Part shown: positions 47,380-56,707 of the stretch, in pieces
Layout: every line of letters starts with the position of its first letter
Position numbering within the stretch: position 1 is the stretch's first letter
Virus record (IMG/VR): IMGVR_UViG_3300048999_000056
Coordinates: 32,001 to 96,000 of that record
Length of the DNA: 64,000 bases
From: a virus
Direction: 5' to 3' (one strand)
Made by a program: the position numbers and the translations under genes
Notes under the pieces: generated by a model
What the model saw: the letters and a program-made list of their open reading frames with translations, nothing else
What the model was told of the DNA's origin: nothing
Database searches by the model: none

Positions 47380-48393
47380 TTATAGCACGATGCCTTTTGC
47401 TTCTTCCAACAAATCAAATCCGGCTTCAAGCAATGGGATGTCGATACCCTCTGCTTCGGCGAACGCCATCATGGCTTCCTCGGGATCAGTCAGCTCTGCT
47501 GCTTCGCCGCTTGGCTGTGGCGAGGTCTCAACGATCGGCTCGATACCGGCCAGAGACACGCCATGCTGTTGCGCCCATTGCGTGATAGCCGCCTGTTCCG
47601 CCGGCCATTGCTCGACACGATCAAGCGGCATGACAAGACGCACCCTGGCGGAATCACCGTGGCGCACATAACCGCGCTGCAGATCGGCGGCGCTTGTGAT
47701 CTCCAGCACGTGTTTGCGGATCGGCATCAACGGAACTTCGCGGATGATCTCGCAGCTCTCATTGTCAATGACCAGGAACCGGCAACGATGATCGTCGCCG
47801 AACCTGACAGGATGCGGTGCGCCGACGTAGGTCCAGATGCCCGAGCCGACCGGTATCGTCTGCGGCGTATGGATGTCGCCCGAGTAGAACTTGAAGCCAC
47901 GCGGCGCCTCGATTGCCAAAGGCTTGTTGCGCGATCGGTAGCGCTTGCCGTGCCCGATGTCGGCGCCGTCCAGCGACTGATGCAGGAAGGCAGCGCGGTA
48001 GAGCCGAAACTCGATACCCTGCCAATCCTCCATCGCGCGAGCGGTTGAGGGTAGCATGAGTTGCCTGCCGCGTGCGGTAGGCTCGCGGATGAAGGTGATG
48101 CCGGGCATGGCGTTGAGAAACGACCAGAACGGCTTTTCTTCGTAAAGCGGCCGATCGTGGTTGCCGGCCAGTATGGTGACTTCCACGCCTTGCTTGGCGA
48201 ACTCGTTGGTTAGCGTGTCAACGAGACGGTTGACCAGCGCTGCCGGATGCCGGTCGCGCCGGTCGCCCAGATCACCGAGAATGTAAAGTTGTTGATCATC
48301 CTTGAGCAGAGGGTAAAGCCATTCGACGACCTGCCACCGGTATTCTTCGTCCGGGTTTGACGTTAGATGCCAGTCGGCGGTTAAGATTGTCAT
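47380..48393 (-). CDS. SbcD/Mre11-like (gp47) metallophosphoesterase nuclease
   Basis: ADWH, LGDL, GNHD, HQ, SGDIH motifs. Confidence 0.9.
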   Translation of the reverse strand: MTILTADWHLTSNPDEEYRWQVVEWLYPLLKDDQQLYILGDLGDRRDRHPAALVNRLVDTLTNEFAKQGVEVTILAGNHDRPLYEEKPFWSFLNAMPGITFIREPTARGRQLMLPSTARAMEDWQGIEFRLYRAAFLHQSLDGADIGHGKRYRSRNKPLAIEAPRGFKFYSGDIHTPQTIPVGSGIWTYVGAPHPVRFGDDHRCRFLVIDNESCEIIREVPLMPIRKHVLEITSAADLQRGYVRHGDSARVRLVMPLDRVEQWPAEQAAITQWAQQHGVSLAGIEPIVETSPQPSGEAAELTDPEEAMMAFAEAEGIDIPLLEAGFDLLEEAKGIVL

Positions 48394-48871
48394 AAATGGC
48401 TCCGTAATGAGCGATCAGCGCTGCTTCTGCTTTGCCATCGTCTTTCACACGGCTCCACATGCGCGCGTTGAGTGGGAACAGCTCACTCGCGCGGCGCCGT
48501 GTTGCGCCCTTGTCCTTTGGGCATCTCAACGCCTTCTTCCACTCCTGCGGCGTGACGAATGTATGCGGCAACTCCAGCGCCGCCACGACACCTTCGACAA
48601 TACCGCACGCCTTGCCAAAAGCGTAGGCGCTCGCAACACCTTCTTTCGGCAGTGAGCTGACATTCTCAATGTAGACGTGGCACTTGCGCCCGTTGGCGAT
48701 TACGGCAACCGCCTTCAGAAACGTTGCGAGGCGAGGCGCGTTGACACGCATTCGCTTGCTCTTGCCGACCTTTACTTCATCGGCGGGCATGGGCTCGATC
48801 TGCTCAAACTCCCCGTCGATCGAGACGGCGATTGCGCCGCGTGCCCCCGGATCGATGCCGATGATGATCAT
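48296..48871 (-). CDS. RuvC-like Holliday junction resolvase
   Basis: IIGIDPG..GAIA, IE.V, FG...G, P..WK, DG.AEA.LIA. Confidence 0.85.
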   Translation of the reverse strand: MIIIGIDPGARGAIAVSIDGEFEQIEPMPADEVKVGKSKRMRVNAPRLATFLKAVAVIANGRKCHVYIENVSSLPKEGVASAYAFGKACGIVEGVVAALELPHTFVTPQEWKKALRCPKDKGATRRRASELFPLNARMWSRVKDDGKAEAALIAHYGAIYDNLNRRLASNVKPGRRIPVAGRRMALPSAQG

Positions 48872-48959
48872 CGCTTCCTCCTGGTCAGCCATAACCAGAC
48901 CCAGGCCGGCACCGTCAGTCCGATGCCGACGAGCGGGACGATCAACCAGTAATCTAGCT

Positions 48960-49949
48960 TCATGCATATTTCCTCATAGGTGGGGCGGTTGCGCGCTCTA
49001 CCGCCTGCCAGTGATCATCAACGAGTTCGCACAGTAGCGCGTTGATCTCTTTCAGCCAGTTTCGATCCTGATGCCGTCGCGCCTCGCCGACCTGCTTGCG
49101 GATGTCGTTAAGATCAACGCCGTTTGCCGCCTTGTGCTTTTCGAGGTAGTCGAGACAGGACCCTTCATCGTCAATGCCGTATTCAAACCAGAGCGTCACG
49201 TCGGCTTCACGGAACGGCTTGCCGACCTTGTTTTTCTTGTTACGAACTCTGACATTGGTGCCGACGATACGATCAACACCTTTGATCCGCCGCTCGATCT
49301 TGCGTAGCTCAGACAACCAGACAACCTGCGATGCGTAGAAGTCCAGTGCCCGCCCGCCGCTGCGCTTCTGCCGTTCGCCGAACATGACGCCGATCGTGTC
49401 CCGCAACTGAGATACGATCAGCAACGCGCAGTTGGAGTTGTGAATGTCGGCAGCGGTGCGGCGGAACAGCTCCGACATCAACTTTGCCTTGCCGGCGCCG
49501 TAGGTGCCCTTTTCGATCGGCCGCTCCATTTCGTCGGCATCGGACAATGCGTCGAGTGAGTCAACGACATAGAGCGCTGGCGTGCTCCGCTTGCGCCGGA
49601 CAAACTGCTCAAGGTCGGCGAACAGCTGCTCGACGGTATGGATGTTGTCAACCGGGTGCACGCCGGGCGGCATGCCGATCTGTTGTCCGTATGCTTCGTC
49701 ATAGGCGGATTCCGCTTCTATGTAACGGATATCCTCCAGGCTGCGGCAGACACGCGCAAAGTTCGCACATGCCTCAACAGCAATCAGGGTTTTGCCGGCC
49801 GCCTTGTCTCCTACGATGTTGCTGACACGACCGACAGCCCAGCCGCCACCAAGCACCTGATCAAGCAGATGGCAACCGGAACTGACGAAGCGAACGCCCT
49901 CCCGTGCCGGCGCTGGACCGGCACGGGTTGCGAGAGGTCGCCGTGGCAT
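48960..49949 (-). CDS. recA: RecA/UvsX-like recombinase
   Basis: G...AGKT, VVDSL, SQLRD.IG..FG......GGRAL.FYAS, KNKVG.PF. Confidence 0.9.
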   Translation of the reverse strand: MPRRPLATRAGPAPAREGVRFVSSGCHLLDQVLGGGWAVGRVSNIVGDKAAGKTLIAVEACANFARVCRSLEDIRYIEAESAYDEAYGQQIGMPPGVHPVDNIHTVEQLFADLEQFVRRKRSTPALYVVDSLDALSDADEMERPIEKGTYGAGKAKLMSELFRRTAADIHNSNCALLIVSQLRDTIGVMFGERQKRSGGRALDFYASQVVWLSELRKIERRIKGVDRIVGTNVRVRNKKNKVGKPFREADVTLWFEYGIDDEGSCLDYLEKHKAANGVDLNDIRKQVGEARRHQDRNWLKEINALLCELVDDHWQAVERATAPPMRKYA

Positions 49950-51145
49950 CAGTGGCGCCCGTAGCGGTCACGCAGCGACTGAGCACGTTGCGCGCCCGAT
50001 GGCGGTGGTCCGCTGTTACCGGCCGGCGGTGCCTGCCGCTGTGGTGGTGGTGCCTGCCGCTGTGGTGGCGGCGCCTGACGGTTTGGCATTGCCTGCCGCT
50101 GCGGGGGCGGTGGTTGGCGGCGCTCATAGTTCTGTTGCACGGGCGGGCGGCGATCGTTCTGTGGCCGCGCGGAGTATGAATCCTGCTCGGGCGGCGGTCT
50201 GTCGTCGTAATTCGGATCGTAGCCGGGGTCGCCGGCATCGTAGCTCTGATCGTAGCCGGGATCGTAGCCAGGATCATAGTTCGGGTCGTAACCCTGATCG
50301 CCCTGGTCCGGCTCTTGGGAAGGCGGTGGAGCGCTGCGCCGTGCTGGCGGCGTCCATCCGCCGCTGGTCCGCTGCGGCGGCTGCCTGTCGCGCTCCTGTG
50401 CCTGCCGCGGGGGCGGTGCGCGGCGGTCATCGTCACGGCTCGGGCGCTGATCTTGCTCGCCATCCGCCCCGCCGCTGTAGATCGTCTGTATCTCGTTGTA
50501 GTCGCGCCAGAGCAAGGTGGACGGCACCGGACACTCATTGATGTATTGCAGGATGTCGCGGTCGACGGAAGTCGGCCGGCGGGCCAGCGCGACACCGGCA
50601 TATTTGACCTGCACGCCCTCGCCCTCGCGATCGAACGAAATATCGTAGCCTTCATCCGGTTCATCGATGATGAAGAACTCGCCGGTCTGCCGGTCCTGCG
50701 ACTGCTTGGCGATCTCGCGATCAAGCGTCCAGGGCATTGCCCAGAGCTGCGGTCCCTCGCGCTCGTTGCGCCGATCGATCATCCAGACCAGGGCGCGGCG
50801 GCGTGTTGCAAGCTGTTTCGCCTCCTCGTCGTCACCGCTCCTGGTCAACCCCATCGCCGCTTCGCATATCGGGCAACGCTGGCCGCGCATCTGGTTGATG
50901 CAGAGTAGCGCTGTCCCGTTGCCCGGTCCGATGCGGTAGTGCGCCCAGACATCGTACGCGTAATGTGTAGCGCCTTCCCACGTCGGCGGCAGGATGCGGA
51001 CGTAGTTTTCGCCTTTCTTCGGTTGATACACTTTGAACTCGTCCAGAATGAATCCGGAGAACTCGCTGCCGGTCTGGGTTGCGCGACGATGCAGATGCTC
51101 GGGATCGCGACGACGGTAGACGTATGGCTGTTGTGCCATGGGCAT
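49949..51145 (-). CDS. gp32-like single-stranded DNA-binding protein with repetitive C-terminal tail
   Basis: G.N.VRILP, H....C......CPIC, D...GYD....R.G; YDPG and PPQRQA repeats. Confidence 0.75.
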   Translation of the reverse strand: MPMAQQPYVYRRRDPEHLHRRATQTGSEFSGFILDEFKVYQPKKGENYVRILPPTWEGATHYAYDVWAHYRIGPGNGTALLCINQMRGQRCPICEAAMGLTRSGDDEEAKQLATRRRALVWMIDRRNEREGPQLWAMPWTLDREIAKQSQDRQTGEFFIIDEPDEGYDISFDREGEGVQVKYAGVALARRPTSVDRDILQYINECPVPSTLLWRDYNEIQTIYSGGADGEQDQRPSRDDDRRAPPPRQAQERDRQPPQRTSGGWTPPARRSAPPPSQEPDQGDQGYDPNYDPGYDPGYDQSYDAGDPGYDPNYDDRPPPEQDSYSARPQNDRRPPVQQNYERRQPPPPQRQAMPNRQAPPPQRQAPPPQRQAPPAGNSGPPPSGAQRAQSLRDRYGRH

Positions 51146-51164
51146 GCTCCGTTTGGTGGTTGCT

Positions 51165-51659
51165 TTAGTCCAGGCCCAGCGGTCCGCGACTATTCGGGCC
51201 GCCAACACGCGCTTGGCGCTTTTCGTTGATCTGAGCGCGTCGTTGTTGGTAGATGGCAGTCGGTGAAGTGTAGCCGGCTTCGATCAAACGAGAGATCGTG
51301 GTGATAGCAGTAGACTTTGCGCGCATCCCATCCGCCAGCGATTTCCAGAGCGCCAGTTCGTACTCGGTTTCGCGTAGCGTTGCGAGCGCGTCACGCACAT
51401 TGTCGTCGAGCAATATCTCCGATGTTATCTGTGCCTCTGACGGCTGTTTCTTCAAGTCAGGGTCATTGCGGATGCTGTCGGCGGTCTGCGCCTTGGTCTG
51501 ATCAAGAATGTCCTTTGCCTCGTCACGCAATCGCTGCGCGTCGGCGGCGCCCTCGGATGCCTCCTGCTGATGTTGTGGCAGTTCGATCAGGTCCTCGGTC
51601 AACCGCATCGGATCGATGGTCAGCCGTGCCCGGATGAAATTGTAGCGCTCCTCGTCCAT
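51165..51659 (-). CDS. UvsY-like recombination mediator
   Basis: Helical; L.ID...L...L..P; position next to SSB and RecA. Confidence 0.5.
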   Translation of the reverse strand: MDEERYNFIRARLTIDPMRLTEDLIELPQHQQEASEGAADAQRLRDEAKDILDQTKAQTADSIRNDPDLKKQPSEAQITSEILLDDNVRDALATLRETEYELALWKSLADGMRAKSTAITTISRLIEAGYTSPTAIYQQRRAQINEKRQARVGGPNSRGPLGLD

Positions 51660-51706
51660 CTTGGTTCTGCCTTTGAATTGGTAGCTTCCCTACCCCCTAT
51701 ATACGA

Positions 51707-52654
51707 TCAGCCGAAATGCAGCCTGGAGAGGGCAGCGAACAACACAACTTTCGGGTCGTAGCTCTGATGAGGAAACGTCAAAGCCTCAAGGATCGTCCAA
51801 GCGCGGCGCGCGTCCGCCTCGGCTTTTGCGTGTATGATGACCTTGACCGTGTAGTTTGCAGCGCGGATCAACGTTTCTCCGTAATCGGTTTCTTCATCGT
51901 CCATCTCGGCAAGCATTTCCTGCACGCGGTTCCAGGCTTTGCCGCCCTGGAGGATAAATCGCAATAACTTGATAACAGGTTCTTCCTCGTCTTCCAGCTG
52001 GAGGGCAGCGATACGGTGGACCTCGTCTTTATCCTGGCAGTCGTGTACGCCCTGCAGGACCGTCAGCCCGACGCGCATCGAGCCGCGCGCTGCAGTGACG
52101 ACGGCAGCCATGATTTCCGGCCTGACCGTCCAGCCCTCCATATTGGCGACTTGCCACAGGTAGTCTTCTACAGGCTCACGCCGTATGGGCCGCAACTGGA
52201 TTGAATAGCAACGCGAGCCGATCGTTGCTGGCACACGGCTTCGGTTGGTTGTGCAGAGCGCGATGTAAAGATGCTCAGGCGGTTCCTCGATTAGCTTCAA
52301 CAAAGAATCCCACGCGTTGGCGCTCAACCGATGGCATTCATCGATCAGGAACATACGATGCCCGGTGCCGGCCAATGACATATGCTGCGCGTCGTGCACG
52401 ATGACGCGCATATCTTCAACCTTGCTGTAACTGGCTGCATCGATCTCTTCGATCCGACAGTTGAAATACTTGCCGATCAGCCGTGCAATTGTCGTCTTGC
52501 CGACACCCTTTTGCCCAAACAGCAGATACGAGTGTGGATGGCTGTCATTCGCCATTGCGCGCTGCAGTGCATCAACAACTTCATCGTGTCCGTATACGTG
52601 CCCGAACGTTTCGGGTCTATATCTCGTAATAAGCGGCTTTGCGGAATCAGACAT
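51707..52654 (-). CDS. Clamp-loader ATPase (DnaX gamma/tau-like)
   Basis: YRP.TF..V.G, G.KGVGKTT, IDECH.LS..A...LLK..EEPP, SRC. Confidence 0.9.
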   Translation of the reverse strand: MSDSAKPLITRYRPETFGHVYGHDEVVDALQRAMANDSHPHSYLLFGQKGVGKTTIARLIGKYFNCRIEEIDAASYSKVEDMRVIVHDAQHMSLAGTGHRMFLIDECHRLSANAWDSLLKLIEEPPEHLYIALCTTNRSRVPATIGSRCYSIQLRPIRREPVEDYLWQVANMEGWTVRPEIMAAVVTAARGSMRVGLTVLQGVHDCQDKDEVHRIAALQLEDEEEPVIKLLRFILQGGKAWNRVQEMLAEMDDEETDYGETLIRAANYTVKVIIHAKAEADARRAWTILEALTFPHQSYDPKVVLFAALSRLHFG

Positions 52655-52665
52655 TGCAGCTCCTC

Positions 52666-55215
52666 TCAGTGTCTGTAATTGCCCTCGAATGTAGCGACCT
52701 CGTCCAGATCGCACCAGTTCTCGCCGACCTTCAATTCGACATTGAGCGGCACGATCTGAAATGGGAACCGGACTTTTGTCAACACCGGATAGATCGCATC
52801 GATGTACTGCTCGGGGTTGTCCTCCGGTATGAAGAAAGTCAGGTCATCGTGGATTTGCAGGCGCGGATGCAGGAACATATCGCGCTCGCGTCTGGCAGCC
52901 GCTGCGATGTCATTCATGGCCTCGATAACGATGTCGGCGGCGGTGCCCTGGATAGGCGTGTTGATAGGCTCATTGCCGGACAGGATGCCGCGCCGCACGC
53001 GCTTGGTCAACGTCGTGATCGCGCCAGTGTCGCGGTATTCGTTGCGCCGATCCTTGTGCCAGCGCTTCACGCCTTTGTAGGTTTCCCAGAAGAAGCCGAG
53101 TATCTCCTGCACGATGCGCAACGGGATGCCGGTGCGCTCTGCGATGCTGTCGGCGGCGCCACCGTATAGTGCGTTGAACACAAGATCGGACTTGATGCAG
53201 TCACGACCGTATTTGCGAATGCGCTTTTCGTCTTTCTCGCCGGTCAGGCTGGCGAGGCGGTCAATGTAGTCAGCATGAATGTCGAGCACCTGATCAAGCC
53301 AGTAGGAATGAATGTCGAAGCGGCTGATGATCGACGAGCAAAGGTTGCGGTCCTTCGATGCCATTGCCAGGACGCGCGCCTCCAGCTGTCCGTAGTCGAA
53401 CTTGGCCATGATCAGCGGGCGCCCGTAGCGGCGGATCATCTCCTCGCGGATCAACGCGATCATACGGCGTATCTCGCGGTGCTTGCGTATCGGATAGTTC
53501 TGAATGTTCGGCTCGCGGCTGGACAGCCGCTGTGTCGATACAAACATGGTCGTATACGTCGGATGCAGCAACCCGTCAGGGTAGCGCTCCTCGGCTTCCA
53601 GCGTCGGATCGATGTAGCTCAGGACCTTGCTGATCTCGCGATCGTCCAGCACGGCCTGCGCCAGCGGGTTCTGCTTGGCAAACTTCGACAGTGTTTCAAC
53701 ATCCGTGCTGTATTGCGTCTTGGCAGATTTCGCGCTGCCTTTCGTGTAGGGCAGGTCCAGCTTGCCGTAGGCAACCAGAGCGATGCCGACCTGCTCCGGT
53801 GATGTCAACTTGAACTCTGTTGCGCGTTCGTCCTCGAAGCGCCGGACCTCGTACAGCTTGCGTGCCTTGGCGCGGATTTCCTGTTGCTGCTCTCGCAGAT
53901 TCTGTTGCAGCCGCAAGGCTTCCGCCTTGTCGGTCGGCAATCCCTCCAGCTCCATGTATGTCGTGGCGTAGATCGATCCAATGATGCGGTCATAGTTGTC
54001 ATCGTTGACCTTGCCGTCCAGCCGTTGGTAGATCAGCGCCGATGCCAGCGCGTCCAGCCCATTGTACGGCAGCACTTCATTGAGCGGATACTCCATGATC
54101 CGCTTGGTATCGATGTTGCAGATGCGTTTGACATTGGTGCCAAGGTGGATATGCGAAGCGTCACCGAGATCGAGCGCGCTTTCCCGTTCGTGGTAGAGTC
54201 GGACCAATGCCATCGTGTCGTCGAACGGCGCCAGCGGTCTGTCGGTTTTGTTGTAGTAGGTGAACCACGCCAGTTCGTGCGCGGCGTTGTGCGCTATCCA
54301 TCGTCGCTCGCGGACAACCTGCATGCTAAGATCAACGCCCCAGTCGGTGGCGCCGCCCGGATGATTGCAGGGGAACGCAATCGTCGTCTTGCCGTCGCTG
54401 AAGGCAGTCGTCAACCATTCGGCGCCACGCTCGTATGGGCGTAGTTTGGAAGATTCCGTATCAACCGCAAGCGGATCACGCATGCTCGACAAGAGATTGA
54501 CGGCCTCCTGGCGGTTCTGCGGAATGATGACGTTCTTCCTGCTGATCGGCACCACGCGTGGCGGCGGATAGTGATCAACGTTCTTGAAGAAATTGCGGAC
54601 ATCGTTGCGGAATACCGGCATGGCCGGATTCTCGTAGCGGTCCTCCCGCTGCGTGTGCAGGATGAACGCAGGATGCATGACAGGAAAATACCAGTAGGAT
54701 TTTCCGTTGATCTGCACTGGGAACTTCAAGCCGTGCACGCGCATGATCGATGCGCCGGGGAAGAACCGCCTGAGCGGCACCGCGCCAACACCGAGAATTG
54801 CTTTCAGCCCGCGCATAGAAGCGATGTCGGCGTCAAGATGTCCTGAGCACGCATGCGCTTCCTGCAATGTCGGCGTGCGATTGCTGGCCGGTCGGCAGCG
54901 CACCATGTTCTGATAAGCAACACGGTCGAGGTGCAGTCGGGGTATCTGCTCGCGCAAGAGGCTGCCAGACGGTCCGATCAGCGCCGCGCCCCTACGGTCC
55001 TCCTCCTCGCCCGGACCCTCTGCCAGCGCCAGGATATCGCCTGCCAAATTGCCCGTCAGCGGCATCTCGGGTGTGGTGATCGTGCCCCACGTCTTGCTGA
55101 GCGGGCACGCCTGACAGCCGATCGCCTGCGGATCGAGGATCGGCTGCGGCTTGGCGGCCCGTGCGGCAGCTGGACGTACGCCCTCGTGCACGTCCAGCGT
55201 CTTCCAGAAGCCCAT
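52666..55215 (-). CDS. Family A DNA polymerase with N-terminal uracil-DNA-glycosylase-like domain
   Basis: C..CPL, EGPG.EED..G...IG.SG, CRP..NR.P, HPA; exonuclease DTES/HN; RLSS..PN.QN, DYGQLE.R, N.PIQGTAAD, QIHDDL; start MGFWKT with GGAGG RBS. Confidence 0.9.
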   Translation of the reverse strand: MGFWKTLDVHEGVRPAAARAAKPQPILDPQAIGCQACPLSKTWGTITTPEMPLTGNLAGDILALAEGPGEEEDRRGAALIGPSGSLLREQIPRLHLDRVAYQNMVRCRPASNRTPTLQEAHACSGHLDADIASMRGLKAILGVGAVPLRRFFPGASIMRVHGLKFPVQINGKSYWYFPVMHPAFILHTQREDRYENPAMPVFRNDVRNFFKNVDHYPPPRVVPISRKNVIIPQNRQEAVNLLSSMRDPLAVDTESSKLRPYERGAEWLTTAFSDGKTTIAFPCNHPGGATDWGVDLSMQVVRERRWIAHNAAHELAWFTYYNKTDRPLAPFDDTMALVRLYHERESALDLGDASHIHLGTNVKRICNIDTKRIMEYPLNEVLPYNGLDALASALIYQRLDGKVNDDNYDRIIGSIYATTYMELEGLPTDKAEALRLQQNLREQQQEIRAKARKLYEVRRFEDERATEFKLTSPEQVGIALVAYGKLDLPYTKGSAKSAKTQYSTDVETLSKFAKQNPLAQAVLDDREISKVLSYIDPTLEAEERYPDGLLHPTYTTMFVSTQRLSSREPNIQNYPIRKHREIRRMIALIREEMIRRYGRPLIMAKFDYGQLEARVLAMASKDRNLCSSIISRFDIHSYWLDQVLDIHADYIDRLASLTGEKDEKRIRKYGRDCIKSDLVFNALYGGAADSIAERTGIPLRIVQEILGFFWETYKGVKRWHKDRRNEYRDTGAITTLTKRVRRGILSGNEPINTPIQGTAADIVIEAMNDIAAAARRERDMFLHPRLQIHDDLTFFIPEDNPEQYIDAIYPVLTKVRFPFQIVPLNVELKVGENWCDLDEVATFEGNYRH

Positions 55216-55250
55216 AGACACCCTCCTGATTTGGTAGCCTCTCAGAAGGG

Positions 55251-55270
55251 ATATACGAAACGCCGAAAAA
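55251..55270 (-). promoter_or_regulatory. Partial promoter-like motif GGCGTTTCGTATAT upstream of the polymerase
   Basis: Matches the downstream half of the repeated motif. Confidence 0.45.
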
Positions 55271-55900
55271 GCCTGCGCTGCCGCTGCCCGCCCTGCCTTG
55301 CCGAACCGGGTCATGCCAAGCCAGCCCTGCCGGTCCGAGTGCTGCCCTGGCTAGCGTAGACCTGCCACGCCGGCCATGCCCTGCCTTGCCTTCCCGGACG
55401 TGCCGAGCGTGGCCTGCCATGCCGAGCGTTGACCTATCTTGCCGCCCTGGCCGTTCCGAGCCAAGCCTGCCGATCCGCGTCGATCCGCGCCAAACCTAGC
55501 CGCGCCTGCCACGTCTCGCCACGGCGGGCGGGTCGATGCCATCCCGCGCCATGCCCGCCATGTCAAGCCTTTACGTGCCCTGCCTAGCCGATACGAGCGG
55601 TGCCTGCGTTGCCGAACGTTTGCATGCCCCGTCTAGCCAATACAGGTCGCGCCTGCGTTGCCAAATCGCACCCCGTCTAGCCGACACAAGCCCCGCCTGC
55701 GATACCGAGCCATACGCAGACTGGCCTAGCCGTGCCCTGACGAGCCTGCCCCGATCAGACCTCGTCGGTCCATGCCTAGCCGAGCGCAGCCTGCGTTGAC
55801 GATCCGCGTCTTGCCCGGTCAACCCGTGCCATGCCTAGACCACCACGCCTGCCAAGCGTTGCCGATACGAGCGCTTCCTTGCCGGGCCGAGCCGCGCCTG
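55271..55900 (-). ncRNA. Array 2: 13 (NN-GGY)n units with GCAGGC junctions
   Basis: Junctions at 55271, 55320, 55369, 55412, 55465, 55504, 55553, 55602, 55651, 55695, 55744, 55789, 55847, 55896; modal spacing 49 nt. Confidence 0.75.
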
Positions 55901-55912
55901 ATTCCTATATAC

Positions 55913-56371
55913 CTATCGCCTTTTGTTCAACTGTTCCATGACACGGTTGAACTTCTGCTCGGCTGTCTCCGGCTTGCCGCGTTCGCGCAGAAACTTGATT
56001 ACGTCCGGTGCAGATTCTTGCGGCACTCTGAAACGGAAATCGGCATATGTGGGATCGTGGCTGCAATCGTTGTCGCCAAGATAACCTGGCAGGGCGCGGA
56101 GGTCGGCATTCCAGGGACCGCGCGGCGGGTCGGCGTCAGGTGCGAAGTACTCGGGATAGCTCCTCCTGCAACGTTCCTCGCTTTCATAGTAGTCGCGATT
56201 GCCGCCACCAGTTCTCGTATGCACGACGATGACAGGCACCGTCTCTGTGTCATCACTCCAGGTGAAGTATGCGTCGCGGAACCGTGGAACGTTGTCGGTC
56301 GTGATACACAACATGGACAATGCCAACGGTGCCACGGGTTCCGTGCCGAACAGATGGTGATAGAGACTCAT
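55913..56371 (-). CDS. Conserved-type phage protein
   Basis: MSLY..LFG, RFRD.Y, V.TRTGGGNR..Y, D.TYA.F.F. Confidence 0.65.
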   Translation of the reverse strand: MSLYHHLFGTEPVAPLALSMLCITTDNVPRFRDAYFTWSDDTETVPVIVVHTRTGGGNRDYYESEERCRRSYPEYFAPDADPPRGPWNADLRALPGYLGDNDCSHDPTYADFRFRVPQESAPDVIKFLRERGKPETAEQKFNRVMEQLNKRR

Positions 56372-56707
56372 TGTGGTTCCTCCTTCGTTGGTCGAATATC
56401 GGGCCATGTCTTGCCGCCACCTTTCCCCACGGCGGACGCGCCGCCAGTGATGGATACGGTGATCAACATTTGCGTCACGCCTTCAGGCACAACAAACCAC
56501 CCGGCCGGCGTCCTGAACTTCGATCCGGGAATCAGATCGGTCATTTGATAGGTCGTGTTATCATAGAGATGCGCTGGCATCTGGCGCTGCCCTCCGCATT
56601 CGTTGCATACGTCTCCATAGCCTGTGCCATGGCCAGAGAACCCGCTGCCTCCGCACCGTGGACAATCAACCATCGACGCTGCGGTTGGTCCCATTGGTAA
56701 ATCCTCC

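Noticed and set aside
50025-50115. GCCTGCCGCTG repeats resembling the array junction
   Set aside because: They have codon-multiple periodicity, encode PPQRQA in the SSB tail, and show no 5-nt register.
55215-55900. ORFs across array 2 and the N-terminal extension of PolA to 55314
   Set aside because: Same artefact; PolA has a good RBS and ATG at 55215.
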